This document shows, in pieces, positions 47,277 through 58,119 of a DNA stretch of 64,000 nucleotides. The stretch comes from an uncultured Verrucomicrobiae bacterium. Its GTDB lineage: Bacteria > Verrucomicrobiota > Verrucomicrobiia > Limisphaerales > Palsa-1400. The translations under genes were made by a program, and so were the position numbers. Numbering within the stretch: the stretch's first letter is position 1; each line of letters begins with the position of its first letter. The notes under the pieces were generated by a model. The model ran no database searches. It worked only from the letters and a program-made list of their open reading frames with translations, and was not told the DNA's origin. The DNA lies in NCBI GenBank assembly GCA_963764165.1, contig CAVXRD010000003.1, forward strand, positions 352,001 to 416,000, given 5' to 3'.

Positions 47277-49067
47277 CTATGCCTTCAGCACTTCAATGAA
47301 TGCTTCCTGCGGAATGTTGACTGACCCGAATGATTTCATCCGTTTTTTGCCTTCTTTTTGTTTCTCGAGCAATTTGCGTTTGCGCGAAATATCGCCGCCG
47401 TAACACTTCGCTGTCACGTCTTTTCGCATGGCGCTGACCGTTTCGCGCGCGACAATTTTTCCGCCGATGGCGGCTTGAATGGCGACCTGGTATTGCTGCT
47501 TCGGAATGACTTCCTTCAACTTGGCCGCCAGCGCCCGCCCCCTGCTCTCTGCCTTGCTCCGATGCACGATGCACGAAAATGCGTCCACCGATTCGTTGTT
47601 TACCAGCATGTCCAATTTGACCATGTCTGAAACTTGATAACCGGCGTGCTCGTAATCCATCGAGCCGAAGCCACGCGTGATGCTCTTGATGCGGTCGTGG
47701 AAGTCAATAAGAATTTCCGACAGCGGCAGGGTGCTGGTCAGCATGACGCGGCGGTCATCAAGTGTTTCGGTGTGGTCCGCCTCGCCGCGCTTCTCGGCCA
47801 GCAGCGCCATGATGTCGCCGATATTTTCGTTGGGGCAAATCACGAAAGCAAACACCATTGGCTCCTCGATCCGCTCGATGTAATTGACCTCCGGCATGAA
47901 TGCCGGATTGTCGATTTCCTTTACGGCGCCATCGGTCATCACAACTTTATACACGACACTCGGATAGGTCGCGATGATGTCCATGTTGTATTCGCGGCGG
48001 AGGCGCTCCTGCACAATTTCCAGGTGCAGCAATCCCAAAAATCCGCATCGGAAACCGAATCCCAGCGCGACAGAGCTTTCCGCCTGGTAGACAAATGCTG
48101 AATCGTTCAATTGCAGCTTGGCCAGGTTTGCCTTGAGATGCTCGTAATCGGCGGTGTTGATCGGATACAAGCCGCTGAACACCATCGGGTGGATTTCCTT
48201 GAAACCCGGGAGCACCGGCGACGGGTTGCGCGCGTCGGTGATGGTGTCGCCCATTTTGACGTCCTTGGGGCTTTTGATGTTGGCCGTCATATAGCCGGTT
48301 TCGCCGACTTCCAATTTCTCGCGGACGTAGGGCTTGGGATTAAAACTGCCGACTTCCTTGACCTCGACCTGCTTGCCGGAGTGGAGCAACTGAACTTGCA
48401 TCCCCGCTCGCAATTCTCCGTTGAAAACGCGGACATGGGTGACAACGCCCTTGTACATGTCAAAATACGAATCAAATCCCAGCGCCTGAACACTCGGCGC
48501 GCCGGTCGGCTTGGGGGGCGGGACGCGAGCCACGATGGCCTCGAGAATATCCTCAATGCCGATGCCTTCCTTCGCGCTGGCGAGAATGGCGTTTTCGGCC
48601 GGGATGGCCAGGATGTCCTCCATTTGGAGCTTCGTCGCAGGGATGTTGGCGTGCGGAAGGTCGATTTTATTGATGACCGGAATAATAAGCAGGTTCGCCT
48701 TGGTCGCCAAGTGGACATTTGCCACCGTTTGCGCCTCAACACCCTGGGCCGCGTCGATGATGAGCAGCGCCCCTTCGCAGGCCGAGAGGCTTCGCGAAAC
48801 TTCGTAGGAGAAATCGACGTGGCCGGGCGTGTCGATCAGATTCAGCTCGTAAGTTTCGCCGTTCTTGGCTTTGTAGAGCATGGTGACCGGGTGGGCCTTG
48901 ATGGTGATGCCGCGCTCGCGTTCGAGGTCCATCGAATCGAGCAATTGCGCCTCCATTTCACGCGTGGCCACCGTTCCCGTGCGATGCAGCAGCCGGTCGG
49001 AAAGAGTCGTTTTCCCATGATCGATATGGGCTATGATGCTAAAATTTCTAATGTGTGCAGCGTCCAT
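47277..49067 (-). CDS. lepA: Translation elongation factor 4
   Basis: [47 protein letters not shown] and [25 protein letters not shown]; 596 aa from the ATG at 49067. Confidence 0.99.
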   Translation of the reverse strand: MDAAHIRNFSIIAHIDHGKTTLSDRLLHRTGTVATREMEAQLLDSMDLERERGITIKAHPVTMLYKAKNGETYELNLIDTPGHVDFSYEVSRSLSACEGALLIIDAAQGVEAQTVANVHLATKANLLIIPVINKIDLPHANIPATKLQMEDILAIPAENAILASAKEGIGIEDILEAIVARVPPPKPTGAPSVQALGFDSYFDMYKGVVTHVRVFNGELRAGMQVQLLHSGKQVEVKEVGSFNPKPYVREKLEVGETGYMTANIKSPKDVKMGDTITDARNPSPVLPGFKEIHPMVFSGLYPINTADYEHLKANLAKLQLNDSAFVYQAESSVALGFGFRCGFLGLLHLEIVQERLRREYNMDIIATYPSVVYKVVMTDGAVKEIDNPAFMPEVNYIERIEEPMVFAFVICPNENIGDIMALLAEKRGEADHTETLDDRRVMLTSTLPLSEILIDFHDRIKSITRGFGSMDYEHAGYQVSDMVKLDMLVNNESVDAFSCIVHRSKAESRGRALAAKLKEVIPKQQYQVAIQAAIGGKIVARETVSAMRKDVTAKCYGGDISRKRKLLEKQKEGKKRMKSFGSVNIPQEAFIEVLKA

Positions 49068-49524
49068 TAACGGCAGAAAGTTAAATGGCAAACGAGCAAA
49101 ACTCCATTCTTTTCGTCTGGCAACAGGTGCCTCGCTGTTTTCACTGGAATGAGAATCCCGGCTAAAAACCTGTTTTGGCGGGTGCAATCTGGCCCCTGCA
49201 AAACGGTAGGTGCAATAGGGTGCAATAGAGTGCAACGACTTTGAGGCGAATCCGGCCCCCCCCAGTCCCGGTCGGGACCTCAGCCCGCAGTCCTCTTCTC
49301 TCAGTCCTGCCATGAATAAACATGGACGCACTTTGGCACGGATGTCGCGGAATGAAAAACCTACCAGAGTGTTTTCGGCACGATTTTTGTGGAAATATTG
49401 GGAAAATTGAATCTGGAACGACCGAACTCAGGAAAAAAGATTAAAGTTGGATTCACGCGCATCGTTAATTCTGGTTCCTCAACGATTTCAGGGGAATGCG
49501 ATGTTCCCTCCGATGTTTGCTCTG

Positions 49525-49556
49525 AAAGCCCATCCGGAAATCCCGAAGGGCTTTTA
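49525..49556. terminator. Putative intrinsic terminator downstream of the PAS gene
   Basis: AAAGCCC-ATCCGGAAATCCCGAA-GGGCTTT hairpin with A/T flanks. Confidence 0.5.
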
Positions 49557-49639
49557 TCATTCAACCCAGCGCTGGCCCGATTCCGAGAGCACCATCAAAA
49601 TACATTACTTTCCTCAGCAAGCGGAGCATGGCCGATGCA

Positions 49640-50653
49640 TCAAGTTTCCGGCGCCTTTGCTCCAGGACGCGGTCCGTCGAGGAAACCTTTGAAGTGCTTG
49701 TCGGAGCAATCCGGGCAGATGCTGTGCGTAAACTTGGCGCTGGAATGGTCTCGGAGATAAAGTTCGATCTGGTTCCAGTAACCCTTGTCGTCGCGAATTT
49801 TTTTGCAATGCGCGCAGATGGGAAGCAATCCGCTGAGCGTTTGCACTTCGCCCAGCACGTTCTGCAAATCGGCCAGCAACTGTTCGCGCTCGCGCTCGGC
49901 CCGGCGGCGTTCGGAAATATCGCGGGCGATGCTCGATGTGCCAACGATTTTTCCAGCAGTGTTGCGGACCGGCGAGATGCTCAGGGAAACGTCCACCAAT
50001 TCTCCGTCCTTCCGCCGGCGCACGGTCTCAAAATGGCTGATGTGCTGCCCCTGCCACAGGCGCTCCCGCAACGGGGCCAATTCTTTTTCCGTCTCCGGCG
50101 CCAGCAGAAAAGTGAGCGGCTGGCCTATCGCCTCCTGCTCGGAATAACCGTAAAGCTTGGCGGCGCCCCCATTCCAACTGATGATGTTTCCATCAAGGTC
50201 GCGCCCAATAATGGCGTCATCCGAAGATTCAATGATCGCGGCCAGGCGTCCTAGCGCATTGGTCGCCGCCTGTTCGCGCCGCAAGAGCTGCCGTGTTCGC
50301 CAAGTTAAGAAAAACAAAAGAAGGCAAATGCCGAAATAGACGATGCCGTTAAACTGATCCATCGGCCTGCTGGGAATTAAAGTGTGGCGCGGCGCGGCGA
50401 AAAACCAGGTTGCCAGAACATAACCACCAACGATCGCGAGGAGGCACGGTCCAAAATCGACGAATTGCGCAAGTATGACAACCGCAATGCAAAACAGTCC
50501 ATATGGAAGGCGATCCATCCAAATGGGGTCCATGATGAACCGGAGAGTGAAGGCAACGGCAACTGCCAAGGCGGCAGCCCCGTAGGCCGCCGGCCCGGCT
50601 AAAGCCAGTTTTTTCTCCTCTTCATCCCATTGCCACGTAGGGGGTTGCCGCAT
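49640..50653 (-). CDS. Membrane sensor: DUF4118-like 4-TM domain + PAS + C-terminal Cys/His Zn-finger-like domain
   Basis: Four TM helices; LAAIIESSDDAII..SWNGGA.KLYGY..RKDG..SPVR..IARDISERR; LPICAHCKKIRDD.GYW..THSICPDC. Confidence 0.88.
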   Translation of the reverse strand: MRQPPTWQWDEEEKKLALAGPAAYGAAALAVAVAFTLRFIMDPIWMDRLPYGLFCIAVVILAQFVDFGPCLLAIVGGYVLATWFFAAPRHTLIPSRPMDQFNGIVYFGICLLLFFLTWRTRQLLRREQAATNALGRLAAIIESSDDAIIGRDLDGNIISWNGGAAKLYGYSEQEAIGQPLTFLLAPETEKELAPLRERLWQGQHISHFETVRRRKDGELVDVSLSISPVRNTAGKIVGTSSIARDISERRRAEREREQLLADLQNVLGEVQTLSGLLPICAHCKKIRDDKGYWNQIELYLRDHSSAKFTHSICPDCSDKHFKGFLDGPRPGAKAPET

Positions 50654-50836
50654 GGTTCTGTCAGACGCATTTTACGGGTTATGAACAGCTTGGCAATCCC
50701 CAATGCGCTCCGCCGCGAAGCGGTGCGATCCCATTCATAATTAAGGAGAACCTCAAAACACCTGACAAATCCGTTTCAGGACTTGACCGGCGAGGCGCAT
50801 TTTGGGGGCCGATGGATTTCAGTCGTTTCCTAACCG

Positions 50837-50877
50837 CCCCTCTCCCTAACCCTCTCCCCGCTGCGCGGGGCGAGGGA
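50837..50877. repeat. CCCTCTCCC-type palindromic repeat
   Basis: CCCCTCTCCCTAA-CCCTCTCCCCGC-T-GCGCGGGGCGAGGGA hairpin; single copy in this window. Confidence 0.55.
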
Positions 50878-51025
50878 ATCCGCGATTCGTCGGCAGGGGA
50901 TTGCCAAAAAGTGAGATGCGCCCGTTCCGACATCCCGCTGATAATCGTGTTTGCAAATCCCGTTTCGCGCGGCGTAAAGTTTCCCAGCCGGAAATTGCCG
51001 GACGAATCGTTGTCTTGGAGATATT

Positions 51026-51565
51026 ATGAACTGGTTTACATTTGCATTGATGACCGTTGTGTCGTGGGGCCTCTACGGAGTTTTCTTGAGCATTGGCCGG
51101 GCGGCCATGAAAGACCCCGTCAATGGCCTATTCAAAGCCTTTCTATTTGTCGGTGTCGCCTACTTTTTGACAGCCATTCTGGCCCCGGTAGCCATTCTTG
51201 CCACGCGAAAGGCGGATTGGACTTTCCCCACAGGTGGAATGGGTTGGTCGCTGCTGGCAGGCATCGTTGGCGCAGCGGGCGCCTTTTTCGTGCTGCTGGC
51301 ATTTAGCTCCAAGGTTCAGGTCTTCGGCACCCTTGGAACCCCGGGCGTGGTGATGTCGATTGTTTTTGCGGGCGCGCCGATAATCAACGCCATCGTGGCC
51401 ATGTTCATTTATCCGCCGGAAGGCGGCATTAGCGCGGTTCGCTGGCAATTCTATTTGGGGATTCTCATGGCCGCCGGTGGAGGATTCATGGTGACCTATT
51501 TCAAGCCGCCTCCGGCCGTTCCGCACGGCGCGCCGCCTCCCGCCGCAGTCAAGAAAACGCCCTGA
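51026..51565 (+). CDS. Small integral membrane protein (EamA/DMT-like)
   Basis: Five hydrophobic helices; SWGLYG and VMSIVFAGAPIIN motifs. Confidence 0.75.
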   Translation: MNWFTFALMTVVSWGLYGVFLSIGRAAMKDPVNGLFKAFLFVGVAYFLTAILAPVAILATRKADWTFPTGGMGWSLLAGIVGAAGAFFVLLAFSSKVQVFGTLGTPGVVMSIVFAGAPIINAIVAMFIYPPEGGISAVRWQFYLGILMAAGGGFMVTYFKPPPAVPHGAPPPAAVKKTP

Positions 51566-51571
51566 GGCCCG

Positions 51572-52843
51572 ATGCCTGGCAACGTCTTCACGCGCGACGA
51601 GATGGCAGCCCATCAACTCGCGCTGTTGCGCCAATGCCTGGCAAAAATTCTCCCGGGAAACGGATTTTACAGCCGCAAACTGGCGGGGGTTGACAAGAAC
51701 ATCGCCACCCTTGAGGATTTTTCCAGCCGATTTCCGCTGACAACAAAACAGGAGCTGGCCGAAGACCAGCGCCACCTTCCGCCGTTCGGCACGAACCTGA
51801 CTTTTCCGCTCGCCCGTTACACGCGCTACCACCAAACCAGCGGCACGACGAGCTCTCCACTGCGCTGGTTGGACACGCCAGAAAGCTGGCGGTGGATGGT
51901 TGGGAACTGGGAGGAGATATATGAGGCGGCCGGCGTGGCGGCGGGCGACCGTGTGTATTTTGCATTTTCATTCGGGCCCTTTATTGGCTTCTGGCTGGCG
52001 TTTGACGCGGCGCAGCACTTGGGTTGCTTGTGCATTCCCGGCGGGGGGTTGAGCACTGTCGGGCGGTTGCGCGCGATGACGGATAATCAGGCGACCGTGC
52101 TGTGCTGCACTCCAAGCTACGCAGCTCACCTCGCCGAAACGGCGGCGAAGGAGAATTTCGATCTTTCGACCTCCTCCATCCGGCTCTTGATCGTCGCGGG
52201 TGAACCGGGCGGCAGCGTTCCCGCAACACGAAAACGCCTTGAAGCGCTCTGGCCATCGGCAAGAATTTTCGACCATCACGGGATGACAGAAACGGGTCCC
52301 GTTTCCTTCGAGTGCCCGAAACATCCTGGCACGCTGCATGTTCTCGACCGCTCATACTACGCGGAAATCATCGATTCCCAAGGCAGGCCCGCCGCGAGCG
52401 GCGACGTTGGTGAATTAGTATTGACTGTATTTGGCCGCACCGGCTCCCCCCTGCTCCGCTACCGCACCGGCGATATTGTCCGCGCCGGCTATGTTTGCCC
52501 GTGCGGCTGCGGATACACCGCCCTGCCCGGCGGGTTGCTCGGGCGCACCGACGAAATGGTGATCGTTCGCGGCGTCAATGTTTATCCGACGGCCGTTGAG
52601 GACGTCCTGCGCGGATTTGCCGAAATTGTCGAATACCAGGTGCAGATCGATCGCTCGCGGGATTTGCTCGAATTGAGCCTCCGCATTGAACCATTGCAGG
52701 ACGGCGCTGAAACTCCGATGCTGGCCGACCGCGTGCAGAAGGCGCTGCACGGCGCGTTTAATTTGCGGGTCCCGGTCGAACTGGCTCCCGTTGGCAGCCT
52801 GCCGCGCTTCGAGATGAAGGCGAAGCGCTGGAAATTTGTGTAA
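51572..52843 (+). CDS. Phenylacetate-CoA ligase family (PaaK-like) adenylate-forming enzyme
   Basis: HQTSGTT P-loop, CTPSYA, AGEPG, DHHGMTE, LRYRTGD and GRTDEM..RGVNVYP. Confidence 0.9.
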   Translation: MPGNVFTRDEMAAHQLALLRQCLAKILPGNGFYSRKLAGVDKNIATLEDFSSRFPLTTKQELAEDQRHLPPFGTNLTFPLARYTRYHQTSGTTSSPLRWLDTPESWRWMVGNWEEIYEAAGVAAGDRVYFAFSFGPFIGFWLAFDAAQHLGCLCIPGGGLSTVGRLRAMTDNQATVLCCTPSYAAHLAETAAKENFDLSTSSIRLLIVAGEPGGSVPATRKRLEALWPSARIFDHHGMTETGPVSFECPKHPGTLHVLDRSYYAEIIDSQGRPAASGDVGELVLTVFGRTGSPLLRYRTGDIVRAGYVCPCGCGYTALPGGLLGRTDEMVIVRGVNVYPTAVEDVLRGFAEIVEYQVQIDRSRDLLELSLRIEPLQDGAETPMLADRVQKALHGAFNLRVPVELAPVGSLPRFEMKAKRWKFV

Positions 52844-52920
52844 GACGCCAATAGTTTATTCAATTCTCTGAATTTCTGTGATGGCAATTTGCCGGACGCC
52901 CCACTAATCTGCCCGGCACC

Positions 52921-53763
52921 ATGAGATTCGGCATAAACACCTTTCTGTTTACATCGCCATTCACGACACAGAGCGTGAAGCTTTTTCCAAAATTCAAGGC
53001 GTGGGGTTTTGACACCGTCGAGATTCCCATCGAATCCCCCGAGCACATCGATCCTGTTAAAGTGAAGCGCGCGCTGGACAAAGCCGGGATCGCCTGCGGC
53101 ACCGTCTGCGCGTGCATGGGTCCTGACCGCGATTTGCGCGGCACGACGCGCCAGCAGCAAACCGGCCTCAAATACATGATGGCCGCCATCGATCAAATGG
53201 TGGACCTCGATTGCCCATCGTTAATCGGCCCGGTTTATTCGGCGGTGGGGCGCGCCGACGCCGTTCCCGCGCCGGAATACAAACAACAGTGGAAGACGGT
53301 GGTGAAAAATTTGAAAACGCTCAGCGCCTATGCGGGCGACAAGGGCAAGAAAGTCTGTCTTGAGCCGCTGAACCGTTTCGAAACGGATTTTATCAACACG
53401 TGCGAGCAGGCGTTAAACATGGTTGCTGATGTCGGCAGTCCGAATCTGCTCCTCCACCTCGACACGTTCCACATGAACGTCGAGCACAAGAACCAGCCCG
53501 CCGCCATCCGCAAGGCCGGCAAACGCCTCGGCCATTTCCACGCCTGCGGCAGCGACCGCGGGACGCCGGGCAAGGATCACATTGATTGGCCGGGAATTGC
53601 GGCGGCGCTGAAGGAAATTCACTACGACAAAGATGTTGTGATTGAATCCTTCACCACCGACGTCAAAGTGATTGCGCGCGCGGCGGCCATCTGGCGGAAA
53701 ATCGAGCCGACGCGCGACGAAATCGCAGTGGACGGACTGAAATTCTTGAAGAGCATTTTATGA
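52921..53763 (+). CDS. Sugar phosphate isomerase/epimerase (D-psicose/D-tagatose 3-epimerase family)
   Basis: LEPLNRFETDFINT, LDTFHMNVE, HFH, RGTPG..IDW and VIESF metal-binding motifs. Confidence 0.92.
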   Translation: MRFGINTFLFTSPFTTQSVKLFPKFKAWGFDTVEIPIESPEHIDPVKVKRALDKAGIACGTVCACMGPDRDLRGTTRQQQTGLKYMMAAIDQMVDLDCPSLIGPVYSAVGRADAVPAPEYKQQWKTVVKNLKTLSAYAGDKGKKVCLEPLNRFETDFINTCEQALNMVADVGSPNLLLHLDTFHMNVEHKNQPAAIRKAGKRLGHFHACGSDRGTPGKDHIDWPGIAAALKEIHYDKDVVIESFTTDVKVIARAAAIWRKIEPTRDEIAVDGLKFLKSIL

Positions 53764-55277
53764 AAAAATTATTGACGATTTGTTGCCTGGCGGCATTGCT
53801 GGCGCCTTTGCGCGGCTGGGCTGAGGAAGATTTTGTCAGCATGTTCAATGGAACGGATCTGACCGGTTGGATTGGCAGCCAGGATTTGTGGTCGGTGAAG
53901 GACGGCGCGATCACGGGCGAAACTTCGCCCGAGCATCCTGCCAAGGAAAACACCTTTCTGATTTGGACCAACGGACAGCCGGGCGATTTTGAAATGCGCT
54001 GCCAGTTCCGCATTGAGGCAAAAAACAATGCCGGCTTTGCCAATTCGGGCGTCCAATTTCGCAGCAAAGTGGTGAAGCCGGATTATTGGGTCGTGGCCGG
54101 TTATCAGGCGGACATGGAGGCTGGTCCGAATTACACCGGTGGCAACTACGAGGAAAAAGGCCGCGGCATTCTAGCCATTCGCGGCCAGAAAATTCTGATT
54201 CATGCCGACGGCAAAAAGGAAGTCGTCGGCTCGTTCGGCTCCGCGGCGGATTTGCAAAAAGAAATCCACACCGGCGGCTGGAACGAATACATCATCATTG
54301 CCAAGGGAAATCACATTCAACAGTTCGTCAACGGCAAGCCGATGGTGGACATCGTTGACGAAGAGACCGGCAAAGCCGCCACCTCGGGCGTCATCGCGCT
54401 GCAATTGCATGCCGGCCAGCCGATGAAAGTGCAATTCAAAGACCTGAAAATCAAAATCTGGCCGAGCGGAAAGAAAATCGTTTTCGTGGCCGGACCGCCC
54501 AGCCATGGCCCGGGCGAGCACGAGTACCACGCCGATTGCATGCTGCTCGCGAAATGCCTGCGCGACGTGCCCGGAATTCAAACCGTCGTTTATTCTTACG
54601 GCTGGCCGACGGATTCGGGCGCATTCGAGGGCGCCGCCGCGGTTGTGCTGGCGATGGACGGCGGGCCGAACGATCCGGTTTTGAAGGACAATCACCTCGC
54701 CGATTTGGGGATGCAGATGGATCACGGTGTCGGCCTCGCCTGCATTCACTATGCGGTCGAGCCAACGAGGGAACGCGGCGAGAACGAATTTTTGCAATGG
54801 CTGGGCGGCGCGTTTGAAGTGAATTGGTCGGTGAATCCGACCTGGAAGGCGAATTTTGCAACCTTGCCGGATCATCCCATCACGCGCGGCGTGAAACCGT
54901 TTGAGATTTACGACGAATGGTATTTTCACATGCGCTTTGCAGCCTCCGGCGTGACGCCCATTCTTTCCGCCATCGCACCCGAAAGCACGATGAACCGTCC
55001 CGACGGACCGCACGAAGGAAATCAGGCGGTGCGCGATTCCGTGGCGCACGGCGAGCCGCAAGTCGTGGCTTGGGCTTTCGAACGCCCTGACGGCGGGCGC
55101 GGTTTCGGCTTCACCGGCGCGCATTACCACAAGAACTGGGCCGACGATAATTTTCGCAAAACCGTGCTGAACGCCATTCTCTGGATCGCCAAAGTCGAAG
55201 TCCCGCCCGACGGCGTCCAAAGCACCGTCTCCGAGGAAGATCTAAAGGCGAATCTCGACGACAAGCCCAAAAGGTAG
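53760..55277 (+). CDS. DUF1080 (3-keto-disaccharide hydrolase-like) + ThuA domain fusion, secreted
   Basis: Signal peptide; FNGTDLTGW, NSGVQFRS, GYQAD, WNEY and IALQLH; then SHGPGEHE, HPITRG, DEWY and GAHYH. Confidence 0.9.
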   Translation: MKKLLTICCLAALLAPLRGWAEEDFVSMFNGTDLTGWIGSQDLWSVKDGAITGETSPEHPAKENTFLIWTNGQPGDFEMRCQFRIEAKNNAGFANSGVQFRSKVVKPDYWVVAGYQADMEAGPNYTGGNYEEKGRGILAIRGQKILIHADGKKEVVGSFGSAADLQKEIHTGGWNEYIIIAKGNHIQQFVNGKPMVDIVDEETGKAATSGVIALQLHAGQPMKVQFKDLKIKIWPSGKKIVFVAGPPSHGPGEHEYHADCMLLAKCLRDVPGIQTVVYSYGWPTDSGAFEGAAAVVLAMDGGPNDPVLKDNHLADLGMQMDHGVGLACIHYAVEPTRERGENEFLQWLGGAFEVNWSVNPTWKANFATLPDHPITRGVKPFEIYDEWYFHMRFAASGVTPILSAIAPESTMNRPDGPHEGNQAVRDSVAHGEPQVVAWAFERPDGGRGFGFTGAHYHKNWADDNFRKTVLNAILWIAKVEVPPDGVQSTVSEEDLKANLDDKPKR

Positions 55278-55525
55278 AGCCGAGATTGCGTGATTTTGCC
55301 TGTTAAGGAACTTGTTTGTAACAAGTTGAAAATCAACGAAGTGATTTTTCGCGAAGGACGCCATTATACCCAATCGCTCGGCTCAAGTTTCTTTCGTTAT
55401 GAGCCGTTCTTGAAAAAAAGGGCGGGGGCTGAGTTCGCGAATTCCAGATAAAGTTCCGGTCTTGCACGGCGTCAAGTGGCGGGAATACTAAAGTAGCCGC
55501 AATGATTCTCCGATGACGATGTGCT

Positions 55526-57289
55526 ATGGCAAAACGAAATCCATTTGGTTTCCGGGCTGGTTTCGGTTGCCTGGCGCACCTTCGACTCTGCTTCACGGTG
55601 GCCGCAATTTGCTGCCTGTCCCCTTTGCGAGCTTCGGCGCAGGCGGCTTTCACCGCGCTCTACACGTTTTCAGCCAGCTACACCACTCCGGTCGGAACTT
55701 ACCCGTTCGGATTGGCACTTTCGGCCAATGGCTATTTTTACGGGGTCTGTGTCAATGCGGGCGCCGATGAGTGGGGCGCCATCTATCAAATGTCCGCCAC
55801 TGGCGCGGCGACGGGAATCTATGAATTCACGGACAAGGCTGATGGCGCAGAGCCGAGCGCGGGGCTTGTCCTCGGAACAAACGGACTTTATTACGGTATG
55901 GCCGCGTCGGGAGGGTCGAACGGTTATGGCAGCATTTTCAGCGTCAAGACGAACGGCACATTCACCTCCCTTCACGCGTTCGCGGCGCTCAAGGTCAAAA
56001 CCGGCACGTCGCTGGTCACAAATTCCGACGGGTCGAACCCGGAATACGCGCTAGTGCTGAACACCAACAACAATAATTTCTATGGCACTTGTCCCGAAGG
56101 CGGAACCAACAGTTTTGGCTCGATTTTTCAAATGACGCATCAAGGCAAGGTCACCGTTTTCTATGCGTTCTCCAATTTGGTCGATGGGGGCACGCCACTG
56201 GGTCCGCTAATGGTTTACACGAATGGGTACATTTTTGGCACAGCGGCGGGAGGCGGATCGAACGGGTGCGGGACGGTCTTCAAGATGAGTTCCAACGGCG
56301 TTTACAAGGCGATCTATTCATTCACCAACGGCGTGGACGGCGCCACTCCCCAAGGCCCGCTGGTCGATGGCAAAGACGGATTCCTCTACGGAACCTGCTC
56401 GGCAGGCGGAACGTACGACACCGGCACGATTTTCAAAATCACGACCAACGGCGTCCTGACGCCGCTCTATTCGTTTAGCGAGGGGACAAATTTTCCGTCC
56501 ACCGGCGGCGTGCAAAACGAATATAATTCCGACGGCATCAATCCGAATTATCTTTTGCTTGGCAGCGATAATAATTTTTACGGGCTGTGCTATTACGGCA
56601 GCCTCAACGGTTCCGGCTCGGTCTTTCAATTCACGCGTTCCGGGACATTTAACCTGCTCTACGCGTTTAACTATTCGGCCAACAACCAGGTTGCCAATGT
56701 CGATGGCGCGAATCCGACAGGCCTGTTCATGCATCCGAACGGCAATTTTTACGGAGTGTGCAAGGACGGCGGCATCAACCAAAACGGCACGTTCTTCACC
56801 ATTGGCCTGCCGCCGACCATTACGACACAGCCGACGAATGTTTCAATTTCGCTGGGCAGCAACGCGGTCTTTGCGGTGGCCGCGGCGTCCACCCCGGCGT
56901 GCCAATGGCAATTTGACGGCACCAATCTTCCGAACGCGACGAATTATTCGCTCCACATCACGAACGCGCAAATCGCCAATGCCGGTTTTTACGATGCGGT
57001 TCTGACGAACATCAACGGCGCAGTCACCAGCGCGGTGGTCACACTGAATCTGACGAATGTGCAGGTTTCCTTCATGGCCGGCGCGAGCGCGCTGCAATAC
57101 AGCGGCGGGCAATTTTCGATGTATTTGACAAACCTCACCGGCCAGGGCGAAGTGATCGTGCAATCCTCGTCTGACCTCAAGAACTGGACGGGAATTTTTA
57201 CGAATCCACCTGGCTTTGGCTCTCTTCCGATTGTCGATACAAACGGAGCCATTAATAAGTGGCAATTTTACCGGATGGTGGTGCCGTAG
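55526..57289 (+). CDS. Secreted choice-of-anchor GloVer tandem-repeat protein with Ig domain
   Basis: About 7 repeats of DGA.P...L...DG.LYG....GG....G.IF.......LY.F; Ig domain PTITTQP..QWQFDG..AGFY; C-terminal ..QSSSDLKNW..FYR domain. Confidence 0.88.
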   Translation: MAKRNPFGFRAGFGCLAHLRLCFTVAAICCLSPLRASAQAAFTALYTFSASYTTPVGTYPFGLALSANGYFYGVCVNAGADEWGAIYQMSATGAATGIYEFTDKADGAEPSAGLVLGTNGLYYGMAASGGSNGYGSIFSVKTNGTFTSLHAFAALKVKTGTSLVTNSDGSNPEYALVLNTNNNNFYGTCPEGGTNSFGSIFQMTHQGKVTVFYAFSNLVDGGTPLGPLMVYTNGYIFGTAAGGGSNGCGTVFKMSSNGVYKAIYSFTNGVDGATPQGPLVDGKDGFLYGTCSAGGTYDTGTIFKITTNGVLTPLYSFSEGTNFPSTGGVQNEYNSDGINPNYLLLGSDNNFYGLCYYGSLNGSGSVFQFTRSGTFNLLYAFNYSANNQVANVDGANPTGLFMHPNGNFYGVCKDGGINQNGTFFTIGLPPTITTQPTNVSISLGSNAVFAVAAASTPACQWQFDGTNLPNATNYSLHITNAQIANAGFYDAVLTNINGAVTSAVVTLNLTNVQVSFMAGASALQYSGGQFSMYLTNLTGQGEVIVQSSSDLKNWTGIFTNPPGFGSLPIVDTNGAINKWQFYRMVVP

Positions 57290-57376
57290 CAATGTTCTTC
57301 TGGAGAGTGGCCGCTGGCGTCAGCGCCCGAAGTCGGCAATCTTTTTTCCATGACAGTGGAAATTCTGGAAAACGAG

Positions 57377-58024
57377 TTAAGAGGCCTCCCGGAATTGGCC
57401 AGTTTGAACTCGCATCGGTGCGTGGGAAATGCCGCAGTTCCGGGGCAATTTCAAATAATTCGACGCGAACCCGCCACTGACTTCGTTCTTGCTTGCGAAC
57501 AATTTCTGGACCGCCGAAGCGATCCGGTCATCAATTCCCGGCTGGCCAATCTTGGAAAACAACGCCGGATAACTTGGGTCGCAGCAAAAGCTGACGTTGG
57601 TAGTTAGATTGGTGTTGACGTACTCCGGGTTTGGAATGATGACCGGCACATCGTACCTAGTGGAATCAGCAAAAGTGCTAACCACGCCATTGCGGATCGT
57701 CTCGCCCGAGGCTTGGAGAACAAATGGAGCGGCCATCGCCACAATAGCGTAATTGCCATTCGGGAATTTCCACAACGCGCCCCCGTATTTTTTAATCCTA
57801 AGCTCCCAGATTGTGTTGGCCAAACGTCGTGCCGCTTCAGGAGTAATCGTGAAGGTCTGATTCGTAGTATCAATGGACACGAAATCCTTATCGGTCAGCA
57901 CGGGTGGGAATATGGGCTGTCTTGCGCTGTCCAAAAGCGATATGGACAAAAGATTGGTCGTTGCTTCCACCGCATTGGGAATGCAGAACACCAAAAGCGC
58001 CAATAATGTAAAAAGCCCTTTCAT
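57377..58024 (-). CDS. Hypothetical secreted protein
   Basis: Signal-peptide-like MKGLFTLLALLVFC..VEA; fills the gap between two genes; no family recognised. Confidence 0.5.
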   Translation of the reverse strand: MKGLFTLLALLVFCIPNAVEATTNLLSISLLDSARQPIFPPVLTDKDFVSIDTTNQTFTITPEAARRLANTIWELRIKKYGGALWKFPNGNYAIVAMAAPFVLQASGETIRNGVVSTFADSTRYDVPVIIPNPEYVNTNLTTNVSFCCDPSYPALFSKIGQPGIDDRIASAVQKLFASKNEVSGGFASNYLKLPRNCGISHAPMRVQTGQFREAS

Positions 58025-58090
58025 AGGCACATTCTCTTTCATGTCCCCGACTATGCTTTCAACTCCGCGAATGCCCAAAAATCCATAATG

Positions 58091-58115
58091 GGCTCAACGG
58101 AGTTTCGCCCTGCCG
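58091..58115. repeat. Diverged single REP of family A
   Basis: Reverse complement CGGCAGGGCGAAACTCCGTTGAGCC resembles CGGTAGGGCGAGGCTCCTGCCGAGCC. Confidence 0.5.
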
Positions 58116-58119
58116 TACA

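Noticed and set aside
50720..50925. Possible MITE around the CCCTCTCCC hairpin
   Set aside because: The candidate ends match too poorly to define terminal inverted repeats or a target duplication.
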